In this document: positions 13,886 to 29,245 of the stretch, one piece after another
How the letters are laid out: every line of letters begins with the position of its first letter
Numbering within the stretch: position 1 is the first letter of the stretch
DNA from: the human T2T-CHM13v2.0 reference genome, Homo sapiens
NCBI RefSeq assembly: GCF_009914755.1
Contig: NC_060939.1
Reading direction: 5' to 3' (one strand)
Length of the DNA stretch: 64,000 bases
Translations under genes and position numbers: made by a program
Notes under the pieces: model-generated
Database searches by the model: none
Told to the model about the DNA's origin: nothing
What the model saw: the letters and a program-made list of their open reading frames with translations, nothing else

Positions 13886-14083
13886 TAAGATATCATGAAT
13901 ATCTTGGGATACAGAGTATCAGGAATAAGTTTTTTCCTGCTGTTTCTTAATGGTTTATTGAGTTGTCAGCCCAATATCTACTATATAGCTAACTCCTCCC
14001 TGGTATGTGATGAGTATAGTAGGCCTGCCTTCATACCAGGACTTCAGAAAATGTTTGATGATGCTGTAGAAATATCTGCCCTA

Positions 14084-14572
<489 letters not shown>

Positions 14573-15346
14573 GTAAGCCACATAAGTGTTGCATTTATCG
14601 TGTAGATCTTTGCTAATATTGTGGATTATGTCTTGTGACTTTTACCTTTACCCAACTTGAACATGTAACTTTCTCCCATAAAATACAGTGAAGGATAATT
14701 TTGTAATGTAAGTGACTTATATAAACAAGCCATTATTCTAAGATACAGATGCTTTGTTCCTATGACTTCCCATCTCCCCTGCCTTGCCTGACTCATAAGG
14801 CTTTTAATTCTCACAGCCTTCTCCCTCTTCAACCCGTTTTAACACCACAGATACTGGCTGGCTCTCAGCCCCATATGCAGGCTCAGGCCATCCTTACTTT
14901 CCTCCACCCATGTTATATCTCACCCTATTTCTGAACATCTGCATAGGTTAAATGGCCTCCAGCCCTGCCTGTAGAATCATGCATTGATTATAATCATGCC
15001 AAAATTATAACTGAATACATGTCATGGATCTTCAGGGTTACTCAAGTGGCTTAAACTTCAAGTGTTTCATCTACAGTTGTTAAGAGATCACGGTCCTTAA
15101 TGAATGAATACATGGTGTCACGGAAAGATTTTGTTCCAAATCTCTTTTGAAGAAAACACTAAGGAATGGCAGGAGGGGCAAGAAAATGCCATGGGGATAT
15201 AAGTAAGACCTGAGTTTTGTGTTAGCATGTAGGTTAAAGCATGTGGGTGTACATTACCTTATAGTTCTGTAATGCTTAGACTCAGGAAAGCAGATGGTGC
15301 TTCTGAAAAGAACACCAGGTTGCTTATTCTTTGGGTTTGGCCACAG

Positions 15347-15443
15347 GGATCACCCTGAGAAAGCTGGTACGGGGCGCCACCCTGGACATCGTGGATGGCA
15401 TGGCTCAGCTCATGGAAGTACTTTCCGTCACTCCAACTCAGAG
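15347..15443 (+). CDS. CCNDBP1: CCNDBP1 exon 5
   Basis: cacag|GGATC ... CAGAG|gtagtg. Confidence 0.93.
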
Positions 15444-15616
15444 GTAGTGATGCCACAGTTTAGGTTACCAGTTATTGGGGTTCCTTGCCTCAGAGGGGAA
15501 AAGCTCATTTTAACAGCAAAGTTACTGACAGCTGAGAGTAATGACCAGCAGGAAGAAGCTTTTTAGGAGACAGGAACCTAGGTTATTAATATATCCTTAC
15601 TGATTTCTTTCCCCAG

Positions 15617-15690
15617 CCCTGAGAACAATGACCTTATTTCCTACAACAGTGTCTGGGTTGCGTGCCAGCAGATGCCTCAGATACCAAGAG
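15617..15690 (+). CDS. CCNDBP1: CCNDBP1 exon 6
   Basis: cccag|CCCTGAG ... AAGAG|gtgagt. Confidence 0.93.
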
Positions 15691-16257
15691 GTGAGTGAAA
15701 GTGGGCAGTGGGCCATGTCTGCTGGCCAAAGCAAAGAGACCTCATGTCTAGCTTCCAGCTTTGTAACATGTATTTGAATTTATATAAACAGTCTAGTGAA
15801 ATATATATATTTTATTAATGAAATTAATAGGTAGGTATTAATACTTTTTGTCATTCTCTAGTTATCATACTTCTAAATTCCACTCCCCCTTGCTGTGGCT
15901 GTCTCTTGTTGAACAAGTATGGTTTGTTTTCCTAGTCCTACCCCAAGAGTAGTATTATGGAGCACACTGAAGCAGTTATGAGGTAGAGACAGCTAGGCCA
16001 AAACAGTGGTTGTCCAAGAGGACCATGATGATAAACATCATGTGACCATTTTATTTCTTCTTGTGAATAAAATACAAGCTTTTTAAACCCCTATCTAGAT
16101 ACCAGGGGATGTAGTGAGAATTTTTTATTAAACCCGCACCCTTGTCAACCGTCCTTGGCACTCCCATCAATAGGAACAATGTGATTGTTCCTTGCAGTCA
16201 TAAGAAAATTGTTGGATTTCTCCTCTAATTCTAGTGCTTCTGATTTTTCACTCATAG

Positions 16258-16334
16258 ATAACAAAGCTGCAGCTCTTTTGATGCTGACCAAGAATGTGGA
16301 TTTTGTGAAGGATGCACATGAAGAAATGGAGCAG
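16258..16334 (+). CDS. CCNDBP1: CCNDBP1 exon 7
   Basis: catag|ATAAC ... GAGCAG|gtgagg. Confidence 0.93.
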
Positions 16335-16685
16335 GTGAGGGGACCTCCATCATTGGAAGGCAACTCCTTGACTAGTAGATGAGAATTAATTATAAAGAGA
16401 GATTTCCTGAGCATTGACCAGATAGGTCCCATTCTCACTACTGTCCTCTGTCTTCCATCTCCCACTGCTTGTTAGTGTTTGATTTAGTACCACTCCTCTG
16501 TGTTCCCTTACTGGACAAGGAGAGCGAGAACAGGGTTTATGAAGTGATTCAACTCTGTAGCCCTTAGTGAAGTGGCTGGCTAAGATTTTTGGACAACTAA
16601 GACATCGTGGTAAAAGTATAATAATAGGCCCCGCCTTTTTTTTTTTTTTTTTTTTTGCATTCACATACATCATGGTATGTCTTAG

Positions 16686-16966
16686 GCTGTGGAAGAATGT
16701 GACCCTTACTCTGGCCTCTTGAATGATACTGAGGAGAACAACTCTGACAACCACAATCATGAGGATGATGTGTTGGGGTTTCCCAGCAATCAGGACTTGT
16801 ATTGGTCAGAGGACGATCAAGAGCTCATAATCCCATGCCTTGCGCTGGTGAGAGCATCCAAAGCCTGCCTGAAGAAAATTCGGATGTTAGTGGCAGAGAA
16901 TGGGAAGAAGGATCAGGTGGCACAGCTGGATGACATTGTGGATATTTCTGATGAAATCAGCCCTAG
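16686..16966 (+). CDS. CCNDBP1: CCNDBP1 exon 8 (acidic region)
   Basis: cttag|GCTGTG ... CCTAG|gtaagc; matches ORF 16689..16970. Confidence 0.95.
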
Positions 16967-17039
16967 GTAAGCGGGATCCCCACTTGAAACATCTGAGCAG
17001 CAGCGTTCTGATTTCAATTTGTGTTGTCACCTCAAGGTT

Positions 17040-17760
17040 TTCACAGTTTTTTTATATTTTGAAATTTTTCAAACCTATAGGAAAGTTTAAAAAGTACCTT
17101 CAGTGAACACCCCTATATCCTTCTATTAGATTTGCCTGTTGTTCACATTTTTTCCTATATTGGTTTATTTCTCAAGAGATACTGTTTCATATTTATTCCA
17201 GAATGTTTTGAGAGTAAATTGCAGACAGCAATGACATTTCACCCCTAAATACTTCAGTATGTATCTCCTGAAGTACTCTTATTCCTACTCTTATTATCAC
17301 ATCCAAGAAATTTGACATTGAATATAATAGTATTATCTAATATTCAGATTTCCCCAGTTGTCTGTATCTAAAATGTCATATAAATTCAGGGTTCTGTCAA
17401 GGTCCCACATTGCATTTAATTGTCATCTCTTTAGTCTCTTGAAATCTAGAACAGTTCCTATCCTTTGTAGTCTTTTTTAATCAACATTTTAAAAAGAAAC
17501 CAGGACAGTTGTCTTGTAAAATATCCAACAACCTGGATTCACGTGATTGTTAGTTCTCATTTTTGCAAGAATATCATATAATTAAGTGTTTTGTACATCT
17601 CATTTTATCATATTAGGGAGGCACATGATGTTGGTTTGCCTCATTATTGGTGGTACTAAATTTGATCACTTAAAGTGGTGCTCACTTTAGTAAAGGTATA
17701 TTTTACTCTAATTTTAGCTTCCACTGATGAAGGCTGCCTGCCTATATTAGTTATTAAACT
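17040..17760 (-). mobile_element. Old L1M 3'-end fragment
   Basis: Degenerate L1ME-like sequence (acccctaaatacttcagtatgtatctcct...). Confidence 0.5.
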
Positions 17761-18033
17761 GATGGTTTCACATCCTCACATTTTTGACTGAATTGATCAT
17801 GCACCCTACTATGAACCAAGGGAATTTCCCCCCCAGCTTCCTAGTGAAATGGGGTATGGTTGTTTCAATAAAGACTGGTTGAACTCATTCTGTATTGGTT
17901 GCCCAGTTGCCCAATTTTAAAAACTGACAGGCATTTCTGGGACAGTTTCTCACTGTTGACATCCATAGTTGTGTACTAGAAACAACCTGGCTGCGTTTTT
18001 TTGTTAATGATTACTTTTGTTTTCTGCTCTTAG

Positions 18034-18094
18034 TGTGGATGATTTGGCTCTGAGCATATATCCACCTATGTGTCACCTGACCGTGCGAATCAAT
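18034..18094 (+). CDS. CCNDBP1: CCNDBP1 exon 9
   Basis: cttag|TGTGGAT ... ATCAAT|gtaagt. Confidence 0.93.
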
Positions 18095-18365
18095 GTAAGT
18101 ACTGGCTTTGAGGGAATAGCTACAGAACAAATGGGCAGAATTTCACTAATCACTAGTATTTCCTGTAAGCTATAGGGTACATATTTATTAGTCACATTTG
18201 GATGGAAGTACAACAGTAATGTCACAGTTCTTGCATGCGTTTGGGGTTGATAAATATTCACTGAAGTTGAATTATAATAGCCATGAGCTTTGGTAGTTCT
18301 CTCTTCCATAATCACCTGGGTAATCATTCAGAAAAGCCCAAAGGCCTTAGAAAATGATGCTTTAA

Positions 18366-18713
<348 letters not shown>

Positions 18714-19335
18714 TCACAAGTTTCTAATTTCTAGACTAGGCAGCAATTAGATTGAACTTCAGCTGTTCATGAAGTAGCTGGCTGAGGTCACATGTTTCTG
18801 ATTTCTAGACAAGGCAGAAATAAGTGTTCCAGAAACATACTCTGTTCTAATACAAACACATTGTGTGATTTAACTATGGAGAGTCAACTTTCTTATAAAA
18901 ATCTGATTTTATTGTATTCTTTGAGGTTCTGTGCCCTTTACTAGAGAGAGTTCTGTTCTCTCTAATGTTATTGGAAAGAGCAGTAAAACTGCCAAATGGC
19001 TTATATTTTACAATTGAATGTATCAATTCTAGTAATATTTGATAAATTGGATAATGGAAATTAGATTCATCAGATGTGTCTTCATGATGTATAAACACCT
19101 TGAAGTAGAATAGGATCCTTTTGGGCATTAACATTTTTTTGGCATTAACTTTTAAAAAATTGACTTCCTAAGAAATAAACATTTTTAGCAATATGCCTAG
19201 TCAGCTATCCCAAACATAGTATCTGCTCTAGCAATTTTAAAATGTGTACTGCATATGCATCTTATATGTATTGATATTTTATATTAAACGTCTCCATCTT
19301 ATCCTTATATTGGTGTTCTTAAAATTCTTAATGCG

Positions 19336-19370
<35 letters not shown>

Positions 19371-19704
19371 GAACCTTAGTCATTTCTGCTTTATATTTTG
19401 AGCTATCAGCATTTGGGACCAATTCAGGTTACATTTTCCTTTTTCTGTCCTTTTTTAAATTGAAAATATTTTAGATCTAAAAAATCTTATTAAAATGTTA
19501 TAGCAATAGTATTAATAAGATCTTGCTAAATAGAAAAGAACCCGTAATCCTGCCACCCTAACCTAATCAGCATTTTAAATTTTGCATACTTCCTTCAGGT
19601 CCTTTTTCTAAATAATTTTTTTATTACTTGGGTCTTTAAAAATATTTGAACTCACCTTTTTATGGTAGGGCTCAGGGTGAATAACTTCTGTGTTTCTTTT
19701 CTAG

Positions 19705-19751
19705 TCTGCGAAACTTGTATCTGTTTTAAAGAAGGCACTTGAAATTACAAA
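19705..19751 (+). CDS. CCNDBP1: CCNDBP1 exon 10
   Basis: tctag|TCTGCG ... ACAAA|gtaagt. Confidence 0.92.
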
Positions 19752-20016
19752 GTAAGTATGAAGACTTCTCAGATAGCTTTTTGTGAGTAAAACGGAACTG
19801 CTGTCCAGACGTTCTCAACTCCCTAGCTCCCATTTCAAGGAGTGGGAAAGGGTGGGTGTGGGATTTTCTTTCAGCTTCAGTTGTGGGGCAGCTGAGATTC
19901 TGCAAAGAAGCTTCCCTTTAAAAAAATTTTAGTTTTCCCTGTGCTCCCTCCTGAGGATAGGTTTTCCCTTGACATCCTAATAAGTTTAACTTACTTCTTT
20001 CCTATTCTATTCACAG

Positions 20017-20131
20017 AGCAAGTCATGTGACCCCTCAGCCAGAAGATAGTTGGATCCCTTTACTTATTAATGCCATTGATCATTGCATGAATAGAATCAA
20101 GGAGCTCACTCAGAGTGAACTTGAATTATGA
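20017..20131 (+). CDS. CCNDBP1: CCNDBP1 exon 11 (last coding exon)
   Basis: cacag|AGCAAGT ... GAATTA TGA. Confidence 0.94.
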
Positions 20132-20459
20132 CTTTTCAGGCTCATTTGTACTCTCTTCCCCTCTCATCGTCATGGTCAGGCTCTGATACCTGCTTTTAAA
20201 ATGGAGCTAGAATGCTTGCTGGATTGAAAGGGAGTGCCTATCTATATTTAGCAAGAGACACTATTACCAAAGATTGTTGGTTAGGCCAGATTGACACCTA
20301 TTTATAAACCATATGCGTATATTTTTCTGTGCTATATATGAAAAATAATTGCATGATTTCTCATTCCTGAGTCATTTCTCAGAGATTCCTAGGAAAGCTG
20401 CCTTATTCTCTTTTTGCAGTAAAGTATGTTGTTTTCATTGTAAAGATGTTGATGGTCTC

Positions 20460-20465
20460 AATAAA
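20460..20465 (+). terminator. CCNDBP1 proximal poly(A) signal AATAAA
   Basis: First canonical AATAAA after the stop codon, about 330 nt downstream. Confidence 0.65.
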
Positions 20466-21567
20466 ATGCTAACTTGCCAGTGATTAAATGAGTGCCCTTC
20501 CAAAGTTTCTTTTTACCAGAAATACAGTGGATTGAGACTAGAACATTGCTTTCATTTGGGTTTGTAGGTTTAAAAATCTGATTCTAATCAGAAGTATATT
20601 TAGAACAAAACACTTTATTTATAAAAGATGACTCCAAAATTCATCTTAGTATTTCACCATGTTATATATTATTATCAGCAAGTCCTTCTGAATATTATCA
20701 CAGATTACTCCATGTCTCTAAAATATATTGGCATTGAGCTCATTTGTTAGGTTTGCCCACCTTATTGAACAGATTTATTTTCCTTATACATACTTGTGTT
20801 GTCCTTGGTTACGTGTGTCCCCAAATGTAAATACCAAATTTTTATAAATCAAAAATTTTTTAGTGTGTAAGAGATTTTATGTAATTTTAAGGGCCTTTTC
20901 AGTTCATCCTTTTGCAAAACCATCACCACTTAATTATACTTTTGCATCAGTCTAGAAGACTGCATATTGGAAAGCAGTGTAAATCTATAATGATGTATAT
21001 TCTGGTGAGCTGAATAGGGCATTATGCATGTCCTACAGGTCTCCGCCACCTCTCATGCCCATCATCTTCCTTTTGTAGGTGTAATTCATAACATATGCCT
21101 TTCTGCTGTCTTTAGGTATAATCAGCAACAGCAGTCATTCTTTGAGTGACTAATGTATACTTGGGGTTGGGGTTGAAATTCCTTAAGCCAAATGAGTTTT
21201 AGCTTACTGTTTTGAAGTGCCATTTTGTATTGTTAACAAGTGTCATGAAGGGAAGGAACTAAAATCAAACTGACAGAGTGTCAAGGCAACAAAATAACAT
21301 AAACAAAATAATAACATTGTACAACAGTCTAGTTCTTTTATCCTTTCATATAGAGCCTATTTTTTATATACTTTTATATTTCTCTACTGGACCAAATTCA
21401 TGTTATTAACATCAGACTTTAATTGTGGGATACTTAATGAATATAGAACTCTAATATAAAGACTTACCTCTAGCTGAATTATTCTCTCAGGTCCTGTATT
21501 GTATAACTTCGTTCAGTCATGTTTGGATCTTTAAGGATAATGATCAGGGAAAGCACTGATCAATGTA

Positions 21568-21876
21568 ATTTTTTTTTTTTTTTTTTTTTTTTGAGATGGA
21601 GTCTTGCTCTGTCCCCCAAGCTGGAGTGCAGTGGCACACTCTCGGCTCACTGCAACCTCCGCCTCCCAGGTTCTCAAGCAATTCTCTGGCTTCAGCCTCT
21701 CAAGTAGCTGGGACTACAGATGCACACCACCATGTCCAGCTAATTTTTGTATTTTTAGTAGAGATGGGGTTTCACCATGTTGGCCAGGCTGGTCTCAAAC
21801 TCCTGACCTCAGGTGATCTGCCCACGTCAGCCTCCCAAAGTGCTGGGATTACAGATGTGAGCCACCGAGCCCAGCT
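21568..21876 (-). mobile_element. AluS (downstream of CCNDBP1, or in its extended 3'UTR)
   Basis: Dimeric Alu, TSD gatcaatgtaattt. Confidence 0.92.
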
Positions 21877-22112
21877 TGATCAATGTAATTTTAAGATTAC
21901 CTAAAAATTCCATTTTGGGATAATATCCCACTTCATCAGAAATATTAGAATGATTTAAGTGTTAGGTCCTTTCCCTTATCTGTAAGTTAATGAATGTATT
22001 AATGAGCAGTAAAATGGTTGCAAAAAACCTGAACCTGAACAATCTGAATGTACTCCTTAAAGGTATCTGAGCACCTTTTCAACCTGAATGACTACTCATT
22101 TATCTGATAAAG

Positions 22113-22510
22113 TGATGTAGTTTGGATATTCAACCCTGCAAACCTCATGCTGAAATTGGATTCCCAGTGTTGGAGGTGGGGCCTAATGGGAGGTGTTTGG
22201 ATCCCTCATGAATGGCTTCGTTCCATTGGTGGGGTAATGAGTAAGTTCTCGCTCTATATGTCCCTCCCCCACCCCAGAGCTGGCTGTTAAAACGAGGCTG
22301 GCACCTGGCACTTACCCCTACCCCTCAACCCATTCTTGCCCTGTGATCTCTGCTCACGTTGCCTCCCTTCATCTTCCTGCATAAGTGGAAGCAGCCTGAA
22401 GCCCTCACTGTTTCTTGTACAGCCTGCAGAGCCGTGAGCCAAATAAAGCTCTTTTCTTTTAAACTACCCAGCCTCAGTTATTCCTTTATAGCAACACAAA
22501 CACTGAGACG
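22113..22510 (+). mobile_element. MST-family MaLR solo LTR
   Basis: TGATGTAGTTTGGAT start; gagccaaataaa...ttcctttatagcaacacaaa end; 5-bp TSD taaag/caaag. Confidence 0.82.
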
Positions 22511-22590
22511 CAAAGTTTCTCTTCCTAGCACATGTTTGGTTTAGATTGTAGAACAAGGGTTGGCAGGAGAGTGGTGATAGAGCTGGAAGT

Positions 22591-22794
<204 letters not shown>

Positions 22795-23060
22795 TCATTG
22801 CTCTGCTGGTCCCAGTGACTTTGATCCTTCCTTGCTTGAAGAGGTGGACCATGCAGAAATAAACATCTAAGTACCTTGCTATTAAAATGGAAGTGTTTAT
22901 AAAGGAATAGAAGACAGGAGCCACCCAATGCTGAGCAACTGCATGGTTGAGAAGAGGTACATCCTAAGGGCTTCCAAGCTACATCTGTTGTTCCTTTTGT
23001 CATCTGTGACTTCCTTCTGGTTCAATTCCTGGTAATTGTATTGGAGTTTGTTTGGAAGAG

Positions 23061-25316
23061 TGATATGGTTTGGCTGTGTCCCCACCCAAATCTCAACTTG
23101 AATTCTATCTCCCAGAATTCCCATGAGTTGTGGAAGGGACCCAGGGGGAGGTAATTGAATCATGGGGGCTGGTCTTTCCTGTGCTATTCTCGTGATAGTG
23201 AATAAGTCTCAGGAGACCTGATGGGCTTATCAGAGGTTTCTGCTTTTGCTTCTTCCTCATTTTCTCTTGCCACCACCCTGTTAGAAGTGCCTTTGCCTCC
23301 TGCCATGATTCTGAGGCCTCCCCAGCCATGTGGAACTGTAAGTCCAATTAAACCTCTTTTTCTTCCCAGTCTCAGGTATGTCTTTATCAGCAGCGTGAAA
23401 ACAAACAATACAGTAAATTGGTATGAGTAGAGTGGGGCATGGCTGAAAAGATACCCGAAAATGTGGAAGTGACTTTGGAACTGGGTAACAGGCAGAGATT
23501 GGAGCAGCTTGAAGTGCTCAGAAGAAGATGAAAATGTGGGAAAGCTTGGAACTTCCTAGAGACTTGTCGCATAGCTTTGCCGAAAATGCTGATAGCAATA
23601 TGGACAATAAAATCCAGGCTGAGGTGGTCTCAGATAGAGATGAGGAACTTGTTAGGAACTGGAGCAAAGGTGACTCTTATGTTTTAGCAAAGAGACTGGT
23701 GGCATTTTGACCCTGCCCTAGAGATTTGTGGAACTTTGAACTTGAGAAAGATGATTTAGGGTATCTGGTGGAAGAAATTTCTAAGTAGCAAAGCATTCAA
23801 GAGGTGACTTGGGTGCTGTCAAAGGCATTCAGTTTTATAAAGGAAGCAGAGCGTAAAAGTTTGGAAAATTTGCAGCCTGACTATGCAATAGAAAAGAAAA
23901 ACCCATTTTCTAGGGAAAAATTCAAGCTGGCTGCAGAAATTTGCATAAGTAACAAGGAGCCTAATGTTAAACCTGAAGATCAAGGGGGAAATGTCTCCAG
24001 GCCATGTCAGAGAACTTCATGGCAGCCCCTCCCATCACAGGCCCGGAGGCTCAGGAGGAAAAAGTGGTTTAGTGGGCCAGGCCCAGGGTTCCTGTGTTGT
24101 ATGCAGCCTAAGGACTTGGTGCCCTGTGTCCCAGCCACTCCAGCCATGGCTGAAAGGGGCCAACATACCGCTTGGGCTGTGGCTTCAGAGGGTGGAAGCC
24201 GCAAGCCTTGGCAGCTTCCAAATGGTGTTGAGCCTATGGGTGCACAGAAGTCAAGAACTGAGGTTTGGGAACCTCTGCCTAGATTTCAGAATATCTATGG
24301 AAATTCTGGGGGCCCAGGCAAAAGTTTGCTGCAAGGGCAGGACCCTCATGGAGAACCTCTGCTAGGGCAGTGCAGAAGGCAAATATGGGGTCAGAGCCCC
24401 CACACAGAGTCCCTGCTGGGGCACTGCCTAGTGGAGCTGTGAGAAGAGGGCCGCCATCCTCCACACCCCAGAATGGTAGATCCACTGACAACTTGCACTG
24501 TCTGCCTGGAAAAGCCACAGACACTCAGCGCCAGCCTGTGAGAGCAACTGGGAGGGACGCTGTACCCTGCAAAGCCACAGGGGCAGAGAGAACTGCCCAA
24601 GACCATGGGAACCCACCTCTTGCATTATTGTGACCTAGAGTCAAAGGAGATCATTTTGGAGCTTTAAAATTTGACTGCCCTGCTGGATTTTGGACTTGCA
24701 TGGGCCCTGTAACTCCTTTGTTTTGGCCAATTTCTCCATTTGGAATGGCTGTATTTACCCAATACCTGTACCCCCACTGTATCTAGGAAGTAACTAGCTT
24801 GCTTTTGATTTTACAGGCTCATAGGCAGAAGGGACTTGCCTTGTCTCGGGTGAGACTTTGGATTGTGGACTTTTGGATTAATGCTGAAATGAGTTAAGAC
24901 TTTGGGGAACTGTTGGGAAGGCATGATTGGTTTTGAAATGTGAGGACATGAGATTGGGAGGGGCCAGGGATGGAATGATATGATTTTGCTGTGTCCCCAC
25001 CCAAATCTCAACTTGAGTTCTATCTCCCATTCCTCATGGGAGGGACCCAGGGGGAAGTAATTGAATTATGGGAGCTGGTCTTTCCCATGCTATTCTTGTG
25101 ATAGTAAGTCCCATGAGATCTGATAGGTTTCTCATGGGTTTCCACTTTCGCTTCTTCCTCATTTTCTCTTGCCACCACCATGTTATAAATGCCTTTCACC
25201 TCCCGCCATGATTCTGAGGCCTCCCCAGTCATGTGGAACTATAAGTCCCATTAAACCTCTTTTTCTTCCCAGCCTTGGGTATGTCTTTATCAGCAGCGTG
25301 AACACGAACTAATATA
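23061..25316 (+). mobile_element. Full-length THE1A MaLR element (LTR 23061-23412, internal region, LTR 24976-25316) in EPB42 intron 12, antisense to EPB42
   Basis: Two homologous LTRs, THE1-internal sequence (residual ORF 23804..24442), purine tract before the 3' LTR, perfect TSD AAGAG (23056-23060 and 25317-25321). Confidence 0.93.
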
Positions 25317-25679
25317 AAGAGCTATAGCTTTGGAACCCTTGCTTATTGCTAAGCACAGTGGATGTAGCAGGGCTTATTGAGAGGATGTCAGTATGTCAGC
25401 AGGTGGTGTTTGGAGCCTTGTCAGCAACCTCCTGGCCTGCCTATAAACCTTCTTTTGGTGACAGACTTCCTTTGGGGAGCTTTGCCCCACAACTGATTTG
25501 GGAGACCACAAAAGTATGGTTAAATGTTGACAGTCCCTTCTCTTGATTTCTTGGCAAGAATGTCTCATTAAGTTTCATGAGGCTGAGGCAGTGGCTCAGT
25601 AACCCACACACCTGTTAGGGACCTCAGGGAGGGTAGGAGTAAGTATCTTGAACTTTATACTGTCTGTTCAACTAAGGAT

Positions 25680-26750
<1,071 letters not shown>

Positions 26751-27133
26751 ATATTGTGGTGGTGACTACCAGAATGTAGCCCTCTGACCACAATGAAAGA
26801 TAGCCTGTCCTCCCTTCATTACTCTCCAATACCCAGCCCTAATGCCCTCGCCTATATTCACAGCAACACCCAGGCTCTCCCTGCAGGATCAGGGCAGCAA
26901 CCAGGGCAGGCGGGTGCCCAAGGGGCCCGCACAGCCTGCCTCACTCCCATCCTCCTGCAGATATGGTGGTCCTAGGATGAGGGAAGCCACTTGGTAGCCC
27001 TAATCCTTTAGTTTAGTTTCTAGGGGTATCTGCTGTCTGCATGGACATGGCAAAGAGAGAGTTTCTCTCTTGGGCCCTGCCTTTCTGACCCATTGAGACA
27101 TTTCAGGGGGATGAGAAGCCTGCCATCACTTAC

Positions 27134-27267
27134 CTGTAGCTCCTCTCTCTGTGAATGAGCCCCCTTCCCAGGATGGAGATCACACAGTCCTCCATGGGGG
27201 CATCTAGGGAGTTCTGGAGGCTGACTGAGGCTGTGAGGGGTTGATACTGCTCTGCTTTCTCTGGCAT
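27134..27267 (-). CDS. EPB42: EPB42 exon 12
   Basis: cacag|ATGCCA ... TACAG|gtaagt; 134 nt. Confidence 0.94.
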
Positions 27268-28317
27268 CTGTGGGAAGAGGCAATACCTGGTGTGGATGCC
27301 AAGGGCACAGCTGCAGTCACTCTCTCCTCCCATGCACCCCTGTACCCTCCTCAGTAAGTTTCCTCATCTCTGCCAAGCTGACTCAAACTTCACAGCTGAT
27401 GTCTTCTACCGCTCTACCTGCTCTTCCTGCATTTATTCCCACCCTTGGTCCTTCACTGATGATTTCTGATGTCGCCTCTCCTCTATGCAGACCCCTTGGA
27501 GGGTTTCCCACTGTCTTGGGAATTCAGTTTACATTGTATTCAACGTTCTTCATGGTGTGTCCCCAAACCCCCTCTCCCACCTCACCTGTTCTTCCCATGA
27601 CTAAGTGACATCCCAGCCCCGTCAGGGACTGTTCCATCCCCAGCACACCCCTCACGCTACCTTCCATTACACCTCTTTGCTGTCTTCTTCTGTCTTCAGT
27701 GGCCTTCCCCTACCTCTGTACTGAAAGGGTACCCATTTTTCAAGGCCCAGCATAGATGTCATCTCTTTCATAAGGTCATCCCCAAACCCACCAGCTGGAA
27801 TTAATTCCCTTTGCTTCACTTATTCCATAGCAACTTTGTGCATCTATTAAAGCACTTATCTGGAAGACCAAATGTTGTGTCTCCCTAACTAAACTATAAC
27901 CTGCTTGAGGGCAGGGATCAGATCTCATTCATTTTGGCCAGGGTAGACACATGGAAAGAGGGCTGGACCAAGAGCCATAAGCCTCTAGAACTTCCTGTTT
28001 TTATAATCTTGGGCATGTTGCTCTCTAGGGCTCACTTTTTTCATCTGAATAATGGGAACAGTTCTACCTCACAGGGCTTAGAAAGAAATAAAGGAGCTGA
28101 AAATCCTCTGGCATGTGTATGAGGTGCTAAATAAACATAGGCTATTATGATCCCTGTAGGTAGGAGGCAGTAACTGGGAAGGCCCCAATTTTAGAAACCT
28201 TTACTTAACTAAAGAAGTTGGAAGATTTAAACCTTAATAGGGCATGTAAGAAACTATGTCTTTCAAGGGAAGGAGCTCTTAAATGTAGCATTTTCTGGTA
28301 ATCTTGCAGCACAGTCA

Positions 28318-28587
<270 letters not shown>

Positions 28588-29039
28588 TCAGTGGCAACAG
28601 GTGTATGTACCCCAGAAACAGCCATAGTTACACACACAATACAAAGGACTCAGGGCCTCACTGAGGCCAGAAAGATGCACCATTTTCCCCAGCAATTGTA
28701 CACTTGGAACTCACTCAAGACCTCACTCCTCACCCTCATCCCCATCACCAACCCCGACAATGCTCTTGGCAGACCACCTCAGTGGGGTTGGGAAAGGGTC
28801 CCCTGTGAACTGGAACAAGTTAAGCTCTTTCGGCCTCAGTGTCCTTGTCTAATAATGCCTACCTAGTGGGATGGTTTGTGTTGTTTGTAGGGTTTTTGTT
28901 TTGTTTTAGAGACAGGGTCTCGCTTTGTCACCTTACAGAAGAAATATCTACTCCTACTGTCACTACTGCTCAGGGGATGAGGTATCCCCCCCGCCTAAGT
29001 TGAATCCTCTGCTTTCTAAATCTGTGCCCCATCCTGACC

Positions 29040-29245
29040 CCATCACACTAGCTGTGTAACCCTGAGTAAATTAACGACCCTCTCTGTGTCTCATCTCCTC
29101 ATCTGTAAAGTGGGGATAGCAATGGTTCTTGCCTCAGAACGTGGTTGTGAGGGCTAACAAGATGATGCATATGATGCATATAAAGCACTTAACACCATTT
29201 TGGGCAAATAGTAAGTGCCTGATAAATGTGAGCTACAATTATTCT
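29040..29245 (+). mobile_element. MIR
   Basis: ctagctgtgtaaccctgagtaaattaa...ctcatctgtaaagtggggata core. Confidence 0.75.

Noticed and set aside
19337-19366. Orphan poly(T) tract (also at about 16636-16657) as a possible tail-only retro-insertion
   Set aside because: No TSD or insert body found; treated as homopolymer expansion.
23804-24442. 212-aa ORF
   Set aside because: Residual, frameshifted THE1 internal ORF, not a host gene.
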